64,000 nucleotides of DNA, from assembly GCA_026415415.1 (NCBI GenBank), contig JAOAHE010000003.1, positions 1,624 to 65,623 on the forward strand. Direction: 5' to 3'. Positions within the stretch are counted from its first letter, which is position 1. The number at the start of each line of letters is the position of its first letter. This document shows positions 36,077-46,670 of this stretch, one piece after another. Position numbers and translations under genes: made by a program. Source of the DNA: Thermodesulfovibrionales bacterium (GTDB taxonomy: Bacteria; Nitrospirota; Thermodesulfovibrionia; Thermodesulfovibrionales; Dissulfurispiraceae). Below the pieces are notes generated by a model. The model saw only the letters and a list, made by a program, of their open reading frames with translations. It did no database searches and was not told the origin of the DNA.

Positions 36077-38896
36077 TTACTTAATAGCTTTTAATAAATG
36101 GATGCTTTCTTGTATCCTTATACTTTTGTTTATTAATGAGTCTATCTTATTTTTCTCCTTTTCAATTATATCCTCAGGAGCATTCTTTAAAAAATCCTCA
36201 TTCATGAGTTTTTTATTTACAAAGGAGATCTCGCTATCAATTTTAGACATCTCCTTAGAGAGTCTTTTAATTTCTGACTCTACATCTATCAGTCCTCCTA
36301 AGGGTATATAAATCTCCATCTCGTTTCTAATAGCTATGGCAGAATCCTTAGTTCTCTGAATGTCATCACCAATGTTGATCTCGCTTGCTTTTGTCAGTTT
36401 TATCATTGCATTAAGGTTATTAACTAAAATATCCTTAGAGGTGTTAGATAAAGTTCTAATATTAACCTTGATTTCTGAAGATGGATTTATATTCAGCTCT
36501 CCACGAATATGACGAATTCCTGAAACAGCATCTATGAAATATGTCATATCTTTTTCTGCCTCTGGGAATTCTTTAAAATTCTGTGGATAAGACTGAAGAA
36601 GAATACTGTTTTTACTTATCATCTTACACCATAATTCTTCAGTAACAAAGGGCATAAATGGATGTAGCAGAAGCAAAATATTTTTCAAAACAAAATAAAG
36701 ACAATCTACTATAATGGCTTTTTCTTTTTCTGTACCTTTGTATAAGGAGTATTTTACAGTTTCAATATACCAATCACAAAATTCATGCCATACAAACTGA
36801 TAAATACTATTGGCGGCATCATTGAAGCGGTAAGCCTCCAATTCTTTATTAACATTGATAATGGTATGGTTAAGCCTACTTAATATCCACTTAGAGAAAA
36901 GATCTATATCATCATCTTTGTAGTCTAGGATATCTTTGTTAGTTTTAAACTCACTATAATTAGCAATGAACTTAGAAGCATTCCATAATTTATTTATAAA
37001 ATGTCTATATCCTTCTACCCTTTTTTCTGAAAATTTTATATCCCTACCTTGAGCTGCAAAGGCAGCTAAACTAAACCTGAAGGAGTCAGTACCATATTTA
37101 GCTATCATTACGAGTGGGTCTACTACATTACCTTTTGATTTGCTCATTTTATGGCCTTTCTGATCTCTAACAAGGGCATGTATGTATACATCTCTGAAAG
37201 GCACATCGTTCATAAACTTAAGTCCCATCATTATCATCCGAGCTACCCAGAAAAAAAGTATGTCAAAACCAGTGACTAAGACACTTGTAGGATAAAAGGT
37301 TTTAAGGTCTTCTGTATCATTAGGCCAACCAAGTGTTGAGAAGGGCCAAAGGGCAGAAGAAAACCAGGTATCTAATACGTCTGGGTCTCTTATTAGATTG
37401 TTACTGTTACAGATAGGACATAGCTCTAAATCGTATCTTTGGGTAATCGGCTTAACCTCCTTAGGGATACGGATGATTTTGGAGTTTTTAATTATCTGGT
37501 TATGAGATAACCCTAATGCTCGTAATTTTGAATAAGAACTAGCTAATACATTGTTATTATTGTCTATACTTACAGGTGAGTAAAAGATGTGCTCAATTAT
37601 ATCACCTTGGGTCTTGTCATCAGATATTTTACAGTCTGGGCAATACCAAACAGGTATCTGATGTCCCCACCATATCTGTCTTGATATGCACCAATCCTTT
37701 ATATCTCTCATCCAAGCAAAATAGTTATTAGTCCATATATCAGGGATGAGGCGTATACTGCCATTTTCAACTGCTCTTATAGCTTCAGATGCCATAGATG
37801 AAACACTTACATACCATTGTATGCTTAATAGAGGTTCTATGATGCTTTTGCATCTGTAGCAATGACCTACAGAATGAAGATGTTTTTTGATATCTACTAA
37901 AAGACCCAATTTTGTTAGATCTGATAATACTTTTTTTCTACACTCAAATCTATCAAGTCCTTCATAGTTTTTACCAGCGTTTTCGTTCATTTTGCCGTCT
38001 TCAGCAATGACTGAGATTGACTGAAGTCCATGAAGTTTTCCTATTGTCTCATCGTTAAAATCATGGGCAGGTGTGACTTTTAAAGCACCTGTCCCAAAAG
38101 ATTTATCAACAGTGGGCTCAGCTATTACTTTGATTTTCCTTCCAATTAATGGTAAGATAACCCACCTGCCTATGAATTTTGCATATCTCTCATCATCTGG
38201 ATTAACTGCCACAGCAGTATCACCAAGCATAGTTTCAGGGCGTGTAGTAGCTACAATTATGCCTTCTTCGCTATTTTCAAAGGGATACTTAATAAAGTAA
38301 AGAGCTCCTTCTATTTCTTCGTATTCTACTTCAAGTTCTGATAAGGCGGTATGACACCTGGGACACCAGTTAATTAAACGATTATCTCTGTATAGTAATC
38401 CTTCTTCAAAAAGTCTAACAAAAACCTCTCTTACTGCTTTAGATAGTCCTTCATCAAGGGTAAACCTCTCTCTTGTCCAGTCACAAGCACATCCAAGTTT
38501 TTTTAGTTGATGGATGATCTTCCCACCATATAACTCCTTCCACTCCCATATTTTTTTGACAAATTCTTCCCTTCCAAGCTTATAACGACTTAGCCCTTCT
38601 TTAAGTAGTTCTTTCTCTACTACATTTTGGGTTGCTATTCCAGCATGATCGGTGCCAGGAAGCCATAATACATTAAACCCTAACATTTTCTTCCATCTTG
38701 TAAGTATGTCTTGTAGGGTTGCATTTAGGGCATGCCCCATATGTAAAGAGCCTGTTACATTAGGGGGTGGTATTACGATGCTAAAAGAGGGTTTTGGGGA
38801 ATTTAGTTCAGCATAAAAAAGATTATTTTTGTTCCAGAATTCATACCATTTTTCTTCTACGTCTTGTGGGTTAAATACTTGCTGTAAAGTAGTCAT
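36077..38896 (-). CDS. valS: Valine--tRNA ligase
   Basis: HIGH-type PPPNVTGSLHMGH, KMSKSKGN, editing domain, and a C-terminal coiled coil. 939 aa. Confidence 0.95.
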   Translation of the reverse strand: MTTLQQVFNPQDVEEKWYEFWNKNNLFYAELNSPKPSFSIVIPPPNVTGSLHMGHALNATLQDILTRWKKMLGFNVLWLPGTDHAGIATQNVVEKELLKEGLSRYKLGREEFVKKIWEWKELYGGKIIHQLKKLGCACDWTRERFTLDEGLSKAVREVFVRLFEEGLLYRDNRLINWCPRCHTALSELEVEYEEIEGALYFIKYPFENSEEGIIVATTRPETMLGDTAVAVNPDDERYAKFIGRWVILPLIGRKIKVIAEPTVDKSFGTGALKVTPAHDFNDETIGKLHGLQSISVIAEDGKMNENAGKNYEGLDRFECRKKVLSDLTKLGLLVDIKKHLHSVGHCYRCKSIIEPLLSIQWYVSVSSMASEAIRAVENGSIRLIPDIWTNNYFAWMRDIKDWCISRQIWWGHQIPVWYCPDCKISDDKTQGDIIEHIFYSPVSIDNNNNVLASSYSKLRALGLSHNQIIKNSKIIRIPKEVKPITQRYDLELCPICNSNNLIRDPDVLDTWFSSALWPFSTLGWPNDTEDLKTFYPTSVLVTGFDILFFWVARMIMMGLKFMNDVPFRDVYIHALVRDQKGHKMSKSKGNVVDPLVMIAKYGTDSFRFSLAAFAAQGRDIKFSEKRVEGYRHFINKLWNASKFIANYSEFKTNKDILDYKDDDIDLFSKWILSRLNHTIINVNKELEAYRFNDAANSIYQFVWHEFCDWYIETVKYSLYKGTEKEKAIIVDCLYFVLKNILLLLHPFMPFVTEELWCKMISKNSILLQSYPQNFKEFPEAEKDMTYFIDAVSGIRHIRGELNINPSSEIKVNIRTLSNTSKDILVNNLNAMIKLTKASEINIGDDIQRTKDSAIAIRNEMEIYIPLGGLIDVESEIKRLSKEMSKIDSEISFVNKKLMNEDFLKNAPEDIIEKEKNKIDSLINKSIRIQESIHLLKAIK

Positions 38897-38898
38897 GT

Positions 38899-39768
38899 TT
38901 AAACAACCTTCTCCAACTTTTTATTTATGATTGTCCTAATAATATCAGGTAAAACCTTCTTAAGCTCTTCTTCAATTTCTTGGGTAACAGTAGTTAAAAC
39001 AACCCTTATCTTTTCATCAATTATTTCATCTAAAATCTTTGGTGCTAACTCGTATATTTTAGAGGTTATCTTATCTTTGCATAAGGTTGAGAATTTTTCA
39101 TCAAAAATAATTTTAATATAATTATCTAATTCTCCGGAAAAATGTTTTTTAAGCATAAAAGTAAGTTCCTCATGAGGTAATACCTCATTTAGTTTTTCAT
39201 GATTTATAGTCTCAGAAGAAGTAACAATTTGGTAATCTTCTTTATTCCGCTTCTCAACTTCGTATGACCTTTTGCTATTTATTTGAATCTCTTCGGAGTT
39301 GTAAATTATCTCTACATCATCAGCTCTATCTTGAGTTATAAGTGAGTAAGTATCTGTGGTTTTGTAATCATGAGTATATACAATAGTAAGAGAGTTCTTC
39401 ACTTTATCTAAAAACCTTTTTATTTTACTTAATAACTCGGAGGCTTCAAAGGGCTTTAGTATATGATCATCTATACCGATAATCCAGGCATATTCTTCGT
39501 TAAAAGGCTCATAGGCACCAGCAAGAAGAATAATAGGTATTTCTTTGTTAGTCTTTAATGTCTTTATTTTTTTACAAAGCTCATAAGAGTCGGTATCTGG
39601 AAAATCACTTGATATTAAAGCTAAATGAGGATCGTATATGTCAATCTCATTAAGAGCATCTGAGGCTGTGGCTATACTTTTAACCTCAAACCCTTCTTTA
39701 GTGAGAATTTCTGTTATTGTTTCTAATAGTAACTGGTCCTGTTCTGCTATTAGGATCTTAAAAGTCAT
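38899..39768 (-). CDS. Atypical receiver (REC) domain protein with an uncharacterised C-terminal half
   Basis: The N-terminal ~120 aa fold like CheY (KILIAE.., PIILLAG, ILKPF). The acidic pocket reads E-Q instead of D-D and the T/S switch position is Ala. The C-terminal ~165 aa matches no family I recognise. Confidence 0.65.
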   Translation of the reverse strand: MTFKILIAEQDQLLLETITEILTKEGFEVKSIATASDALNEIDIYDPHLALISSDFPDTDSYELCKKIKTLKTNKEIPIILLAGAYEPFNEEYAWIIGIDDHILKPFEASELLSKIKRFLDKVKNSLTIVYTHDYKTTDTYSLITQDRADDVEIIYNSEEIQINSKRSYEVEKRNKEDYQIVTSSETINHEKLNEVLPHEELTFMLKKHFSGELDNYIKIIFDEKFSTLCKDKITSKIYELAPKILDEIIDEKIRVVLTTVTQEIEEELKKVLPDIIRTIINKKLEKVV

Positions 39769-39774
39769 GGTGTG

Positions 39775-40146
39775 TTATTTTTTTTTCTTGCTTCTGTAAT
39801 CTTCAATTGCTTTTTTAAGAGCATCAGCGCCAAGGTTTGAGCAATGGAGTTTCTGGGGTGGTAACCCATCAAGAGCATCGGCTACAGCTTCCTTTGATAT
39901 TTGATATGCCTCATCTACCGTCTTACCCTTGACCATTTCTGTTACCATACTGCTTACTGCTATTGCAGCACCACATCCAAAGGTCTTAAATTTAGCATCT
40001 ACTATGATATCATTTTCAACTTTTATAAAAATCTGCATAGCATCTCCGCAGGTAGGATTTCCTTCCATACCTATACCATCGGCATCAGGGATTTCTCCTA
40101 CATTTCTTGGATTAGTAAAATGGTCCATTACTTTTTGAGAATACAT
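39775..40146 (-). CDS. iscU: Fe-S cluster assembly scaffold IscU/NifU N-terminal type
   Basis: NPRNVG, GNPTCGDAM, FGCGAAIAVSS, and LPPQKLHCS, giving three ligand Cys plus Asp. 123 aa. Confidence 0.9.
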   Translation of the reverse strand: MYSQKVMDHFTNPRNVGEIPDADGIGMEGNPTCGDAMQIFIKVENDIIVDAKFKTFGCGAAIAVSSMVTEMVKGKTVDEAYQISKEAVADALDGLPPQKLHCSNLGADALKKAIEDYRSKKKK

Positions 40147-41349
40147 CTATTGTCCTCCTGTATAACATTTATCACTTTCAATATTAGTTTTCCATCCCTT
40201 TGCAAAGGGAGACATATCCCTTAATTTTTTAACTACTTGAGGGAATTCATTTAAAAAATAGGTTACATCCTCTTCGGAGTTATCTATTCCCACGCTAAAC
40301 ACTACGGAACCTTGGGCAAGAGCTGATGGGATCCCCATAGAAAGAAGTACAGGAGAAGATTTTAAAGCCTTTGAGGAGCATGCTGAACCGCTTGCTGCAT
40401 ATATTCCTTTCATAGCAAGCATTAGTAACATGGCCTCTCCTTCTATATACTCAACTACAAAACTTGCATGATGTGGAAGCCTGTTATCTGGATGCCCTGT
40501 TAAATAAACATTTTCAATACTACTGACCCCTTCAATAATTTTGTCTCGCAATACTTTACAATGATTAAACCGTTTATCCATTTCCTTAGCTGATATCTCT
40601 GCTGCCTTTCCCATACCAACTATTGCTGGTACGTTTTCAGTTCCTGCCCTACGACCAGACTCTTGTATGCCTCCGTATATTAAAGGAACTATTCTTATGC
40701 CTTCTCTAATATAAAGGGCGCCAGCTCCTTTAGGTCCATAGAACTGGTGAGCTGCCATGCTATAAAGATCAACGCCAAGTTCTTTAACATCAACTGGAAT
40801 GTTACCTGTTGTTGCAACACCGTCTGAGTGTAACAAGACTTTTTTCTCTTTTGCTATTTTAGCTATTTCTTGTATCGGTTCTAATGTCCCTATCTCACTA
40901 CTTGCATGTGTTATTGATATTAAGATTGTTTCTTTTACTATAGCTTTTCTTACAGCATCAGGGTCAACAAGTCCATATTTATCAACGGGTAACCAGGTTA
41001 CTATAAACCCCATTTTTTCTAAAGACCTTGCTGTATTTAACACTGAATGATGTTCTACTCGTGAGACGATAAGGTGCTTACCTTCATTTTGTTTTGCTAA
41101 TGCTATACCTTTCAAAGCAAAGTTGTTTGCCTCTGCACCACTTGATGTAAAGACAATTGTTGAGGGTTTTGCGTTTATAAGGGAAGCTACTGACTGCCGC
41201 GCATTTTCTATGGCTTCTCTTGCTTTGACGCCTAATTCATAAACGCTCAAAGGGTTACCAAATTCTTCCTTAAAATAAGGAACCATAGCATCAAAAACCT
41301 CTGGTAAAAGAGGATTTGTAGCTACATGGTCAAAGTAACATTTTCTCAT
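40147..41349 (-). CDS. IscS/NifS-family (class V aminotransferase fold) protein lacking the PLP-binding lysine
   Basis: 400 aa, collinear with cysteine desulfurases (TSSGAEANN, EHHSVL, persulfide loop ASGSACSS). The invariant His-Lys is His201-Gln202, codons CAC CAG, seen as plus-strand CTGGTG at 40744-40749. Confidence 0.85.
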   Translation of the reverse strand: MRKCYFDHVATNPLLPEVFDAMVPYFKEEFGNPLSVYELGVKAREAIENARQSVASLINAKPSTIVFTSSGAEANNFALKGIALAKQNEGKHLIVSRVEHHSVLNTARSLEKMGFIVTWLPVDKYGLVDPDAVRKAIVKETILISITHASSEIGTLEPIQEIAKIAKEKKVLLHSDGVATTGNIPVDVKELGVDLYSMAAHQFYGPKGAGALYIREGIRIVPLIYGGIQESGRRAGTENVPAIVGMGKAAEISAKEMDKRFNHCKVLRDKIIEGVSSIENVYLTGHPDNRLPHHASFVVEYIEGEAMLLMLAMKGIYAASGSACSSKALKSSPVLLSMGIPSALAQGSVVFSVGIDNSEEDVTYFLNEFPQVVKKLRDMSPFAKGWKTNIESDKCYTGGQ

Positions 41350-41463
41350 AGACTCTCCTTAAAATACAAAAAAAAGAATATTAAATTTTTATAAACTATC
41401 ATAACAACCTTAAAGCCTTACTATGTATAAGGTTTAAGTCTACTGCATTTTAATTTAAAAGTT

Positions 41464-41718
41464 TTAATTTTTTACCTTGAGGATATAAAACTTATAATAG
41501 TCTTCTGTTTCATCTATGCCAATAAATTCATTGCCTGTTTTCTCACACCATGCAGGTATATCCTCAAGAGCTCCATCATAGTCAGTTAATATTTCTAATA
41601 CTTGTCCGATTTCTAGTTCTTTTATCATTTCATCGAGTTTTAGAAGATGCATAGGACACATCATATAAACAATGTCTGCTGTAAAGTCTGCTTTTACATC
41701 ATGAACAAATTTCATCAC
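41464..41718 (-). CDS. TusA/SirA-like small sulfur-carrier-fold protein (CPMH variant of the CPxP motif)
   Basis: 84 aa. MMCPMHLLKLDEMIKEL..GQVLEILTD....DIPAWC aligns with the TusA pattern CPxP...L..G..L.....D......DIP.fC. Confidence 0.62.
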   Translation of the reverse strand: MMKFVHDVKADFTADIVYMMCPMHLLKLDEMIKELEIGQVLEILTDYDGALEDIPAWCEKTGNEFIGIDETEDYYKFYILKVKN

Positions 41719-41818
41719 TCTTACTAATACCTCAACTTGAGAATTTCAGTTAACATTTTATAAAAAACTGCTTATTAAAGCTTTAAAAAGCTGGTACTTT
41801 TATACTAAGGAAAATTCC

Positions 41819-42268
41819 TTACTTTTCTACACATATATCTTGCCCCTTTTTATGGTTTTGAAATTGTCCTGATAAGAGATTTTGAAGAGTTATAGTGTTT
41901 AAAAAGGCATCTATTTGCTCACCTAAGGTTTTCCAAAGCAGATGCACGACACATGAATCAACCCTTATACAACCTTCATCAGGGTCAAGACAAGATGTTA
42001 TCGCAAAAGGACCTTCAAGTTCTTTCAAGATTGAAGCTATACTTATCTCTTCTGGTTTTTTTGTAAGCAAATAACCACCACCAGGTCCTTTGATGCTTCT
42101 AATAAGTCCTGCTTTTCTTAGTTGATTCATTATCTGCTCTAAATAAGAAACAGATACATTCTGTTTTTCAGCTATTTCTTTAATAGTAACAGGCTTTTTG
42201 GGGTAGCCGTTTGCGATCTCATACATTGCCCTTACCCCATATTGACCTTTTGTAGATAATCTTAGCAT
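41819..42268 (-). CDS. iscR: Rrf2-family transcriptional regulator, IscR-like
   Basis: MLRLSTKGQYGVRAM wHTH start, and a C-x6-C-x5-C-x2-H cluster-ligand pattern (SCLDPDEGCIRVDSCVVH). Heads the isc gene string. Confidence 0.82.
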   Translation of the reverse strand: MLRLSTKGQYGVRAMYEIANGYPKKPVTIKEIAEKQNVSVSYLEQIMNQLRKAGLIRSIKGPGGGYLLTKKPEEISIASILKELEGPFAITSCLDPDEGCIRVDSCVVHLLWKTLGEQIDAFLNTITLQNLLSGQFQNHKKGQDICVEK

Positions 42269-42570
42269 GCTTAATATTAAAATAGTTTAGTATTTTTGTC
42301 AATTATTATTAAAATCTCTATAGCTACTTAGAGAAAACTCTTATTTGGTACTTAGATACCTCTGAAATGATTCATTATAAAGATTGAAAGCTTATAGAGG
42401 AGTTAAAGATTTTTTCAAACTATGTGATTAGTTATCTATTGTAATGGTACCTTTAGAATATAATTAGTTATTGACAGAAGATTTAATAAGTCAAGGACAA
42501 AAAGCCTATTGAAAAATTCTTAAGGTTAATTATATCTTATTAAACCTATTTTAATAGAGGAGTTGTATGC

Positions 42571-43326
42571 ATGAAGATTGTATTTCATAAAAAATTTCAT
42601 GAAGTCTATACCTATGACCCTGCTTCTGCAGAGGGAAGAATGATGTCAATAACAAAAGCTTTAGAGGGTTTGTATGAGTTTATAGAGCCGTTACCTGCTA
42701 ATGATGAAGACATACTCCTTGTGCATAGCAAACCTCACTTAAGATATGTCTCACATGATAAGCGCATTTATGATATGGCTATTCTTGCAGCTGGTGCAGC
42801 AATTGAATCTGCCAAGTTAGCTTTTAATGGAACCCCTGCTTTTGCTCTAATCAGACCTCCCGGACATCATGCATCCCCTGAGTCGTGCTGGGGTTTTTGT
42901 TATTTCAACAATATAGCCATAGCTATTAAAAGATTAATCGCTGATGAAAAAATTAAAAAGGCTTTTATTGTAGATTTTGATTTACATTATGGCGATGGTA
43001 CAGCTAATACATTTGCTGGCTCAAGGGATGTAGAGTATTTCCATCCTAAGGGATATTTTAGAACAGATTTCATAGAAAATATCCAGAAAAAACTTTCTAC
43101 AAAAGATAAATATGATATCCTTGGTGTATCAGCTGGTTTTGATAGACACGAAGATGATTGGGGAGGGATGTTAACAACTGAGGATTATCAGACAATAGGT
43201 AAGATGCTAAAAGATTTTTCTTTAAGTAACTGTAACAATCGAAGGTTTGCAGTATTAGAGGGAGGTTATAATCATAATGTTTTAGGCATAAATGTTAGAA
43301 GTTTTCTTGAAGGATTTAAAGAATAA
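42571..43326 (+). CDS. Compact histone-deacetylase-family (arginase-fold) deacetylase
   Basis: RPPGHHA, DFDLHYGDG, SAGFD, and EGGY motifs. At 251 aa it is shorter than typical AcuC/HDAH proteins. Confidence 0.78.
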   Translation: MKIVFHKKFHEVYTYDPASAEGRMMSITKALEGLYEFIEPLPANDEDILLVHSKPHLRYVSHDKRIYDMAILAAGAAIESAKLAFNGTPAFALIRPPGHHASPESCWGFCYFNNIAIAIKRLIADEKIKKAFIVDFDLHYGDGTANTFAGSRDVEYFHPKGYFRTDFIENIQKKLSTKDKYDILGVSAGFDRHEDDWGGMLTTEDYQTIGKMLKDFSLSNCNNRRFAVLEGGYNHNVLGINVRSFLEGFKE

Positions 43327-43327
43327 A

Positions 43328-44686
43328 TCAGCTCATTAAAAGATGAGCTATCTCTTTAGCAAAGGTAGCTAAGGAATTATCTCTTGCTCCAAATACAACA
43401 TAATTCCTCCATTCTCCAATATTGCTTAAGATAGCCTTTCTGCTTGCTGCCTTAGCAGACTTACCGTTTTTTTCTATTGCCAAAGCTAAATCATTGTGAG
43501 AGATATCTTTCACTGTAGTGCCACCAGCATAATATATGGGAAGTATATAGAGGTGATCTGATTTTCTAAGATAATTTGTAAAAGTATTTATATATTCTTG
43601 TTTCATAAGCCTTGTAGGTGCAAAACCATGAGGCTGAAAAATATAACAAATGCTATCCTTTAATCTTGATACTGTTTCCATAAGATTTTGAATTTTATGC
43701 GGGTTATGAGCAAAATCATCTATTACTAAACACTTTTCTGTGTTGAGTAAGATATCAAACCTGCGTTCTATTCCTTTGAATTGAGGTAAATAAAAAGCGA
43801 TATCTTTCAAAGAGATCCCCATTTCTGATAATACTGAGATTGCTGCCAAGGCATTATAAATATTATGTTTACCAGGTAATGAAAGGTGAAATTTTGTGCC
43901 ACGCACGTTAAATGTGGAGGAAAATGGCATATAATAAATATTTTCTGCTTTATAGTCTGAGTCACTCTCTATAGAAAAATAAATAGCTTCTTGCTGATAT
44001 AGTGATTTTAAGTTTGAATCATCTCTATTTAAAAACTTTTTTTCTTTAGTATTTTTCAGATAAACCTGAAACAGATTAGCGGTAGTCTTTATATCATGAT
44101 GATCAAAGGCGAGATTTAGTAACACTGAGTGTGTTGGAAAATAATTTGTTATAGTTCCATCGGATTCACAAACCTCTATGATCATTAAATCAGATTTCCC
44201 ACATAAAAAATTGCCGAGCTCAAACTCACTTTTTAAGTTCTTTATAATACCTCCACCTATCAAATTAGGATCTAAATCTAATTTTTTTAGTAAAAAAGCT
44301 AAAAGCCCAGCTGTAGTGGATTTTCCGCTTGTACCTGCTACTCCTATGGTTTGGTAGTTAAGGGCAATATCAATAAGAAATTCAGGTCTGCTCTTTATAT
44401 TAAGACGCTCTGACTGGGCTTTAATGTAATCAGGGTTATTTTTCTCTATGGCTGTGCTAAATATTACATAATCTATGTCTCTACTAATTCCCCTTCCATC
44501 TTGCTTAAGTATTTCTATGCCTTGTTTTTTTAAAAGACGCAATAAAGAACAATCAGGATTTAGGTCAAAGGCTCTATCAGATCCTTTTACAAAATTGCCC
44601 TTTTTAGCCATAAAAGCAGCTATTGCCGACATACCGCTGCCACCAATACCAGAGAAAAAGAGTTTTAAGCCTTCTTTTTTTTGCAT
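43328..44686 (-). CDS. Mur ligase family protein, MurC-like
   Basis: N-terminal GIGGSGMSAIA..GSD (MurC-type Rossmann), P-loop GVAGTSGKSTT, and DDFAHNP. 452 aa. Not in a dcw context. Confidence 0.68.
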   Translation of the reverse strand: MQKKEGLKLFFSGIGGSGMSAIAAFMAKKGNFVKGSDRAFDLNPDCSLLRLLKKQGIEILKQDGRGISRDIDYVIFSTAIEKNNPDYIKAQSERLNIKSRPEFLIDIALNYQTIGVAGTSGKSTTAGLLAFLLKKLDLDPNLIGGGIIKNLKSEFELGNFLCGKSDLMIIEVCESDGTITNYFPTHSVLLNLAFDHHDIKTTANLFQVYLKNTKEKKFLNRDDSNLKSLYQQEAIYFSIESDSDYKAENIYYMPFSSTFNVRGTKFHLSLPGKHNIYNALAAISVLSEMGISLKDIAFYLPQFKGIERRFDILLNTEKCLVIDDFAHNPHKIQNLMETVSRLKDSICYIFQPHGFAPTRLMKQEYINTFTNYLRKSDHLYILPIYYAGGTTVKDISHNDLALAIEKNGKSAKAASRKAILSNIGEWRNYVVFGARDNSLATFAKEIAHLLMS

Positions 44687-44699
44687 GGAGGAGGAATAA

Positions 44700-45974
<1,275 letters not shown>

Positions 45975-45983
45975 TTACTTAAT

Positions 45984-46358
45984 TTAATTAAGGGCTCTAA
46001 TTATTATTTTATTTGCTCCTTTAGCTTTTCTAAGAGTCTTTGGATTATCAACCAATCTACCAACTATATTAACTTCACTGGCAGGTACTGGATCTGACCC
46101 TATACTGATAGGAGTAGGACCAAAGAATATAGCTAAAGCTCTCCCAGGTGGCCAGTAACCAATATCTCCAACTTTAACTTTAGTAGTGGCGGTAGCATCC
46201 AATCCACACTGGACTGGTATTGTGAAATAAAACTCATCGCCCCACTCATTAGGTTCGGCTTCGATAGGGAGTTTCTCAATTATGGCTTTAGCACAATCAG
46301 TAGAATATAATATGGCTTTTAGCTCGAAGTCAGCTATCTTAATGATAATTTCTTTCAT
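45984..46358 (-). CDS. Cyclophilin-like fold protein (TM1367-type, PF04126-like)
   Basis: 124 aa. WGDEFYF and GDIGYWPPGRALAIFFG motifs, as I remember them for this family. Confidence 0.55.
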   Translation of the reverse strand: MKEIIIKIADFELKAILYSTDCAKAIIEKLPIEAEPNEWGDEFYFTIPVQCGLDATATTKVKVGDIGYWPPGRALAIFFGPTPISIGSDPVPASEVNIVGRLVDNPKTLRKAKGANKIIIRALN

Positions 46359-46383
46359 GTTTTATCCTTTTCTAATAAGATTT

Positions 46384-46665
46384 TTATTCTGAGTCAACAA
46401 TTTCCAATAGAAAGTCTGTTTTTTGCCCGATATTTGAGAGATTTGAGGTTATAGCATTATATTCATTTTTAAGCTTATGAAACTCATCAGCTATGTTCAA
46501 CGATGCCAAAATTACTGCTTTCAAAGGGGTGAGGTTTGGGGTATTAGAGCAAACCTCCTTTAACTTGCTATCTACATAATTAGCAAGTTGTTTTATATAC
46601 TCAGGGGATTCATCTCCCCGTATTGTATACTTTTGACCTAATATATAAACCTCTATGCTCCCCAT
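46384..46665 (-). CDS. zapA: Cell division protein ZapA
   Basis: 93 aa. The pattern V.ILGQKYTIRGD...YI..LA..VD.K followed by a helical tail is typical of ZapA. Confidence 0.78.
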   Translation of the reverse strand: MGSIEVYILGQKYTIRGDESPEYIKQLANYVDSKLKEVCSNTPNLTPLKAVILASLNIADEFHKLKNEYNAITSNLSNIGQKTDFLLEIVDSE

Positions 46666-46670
46666 GGAGA

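Noticed and set aside
42325-42356. Direct repeat TACTTAGA ... TACTTAGA (24-nt spacing) upstream of iscR as a possible IscR/Rrf2 operator.
   Set aside because: It is only an 8-mer direct (not inverted) repeat in AT-rich DNA, and it does not resemble the IscR type 1 or type 2 sites I remember. Too weak to call.
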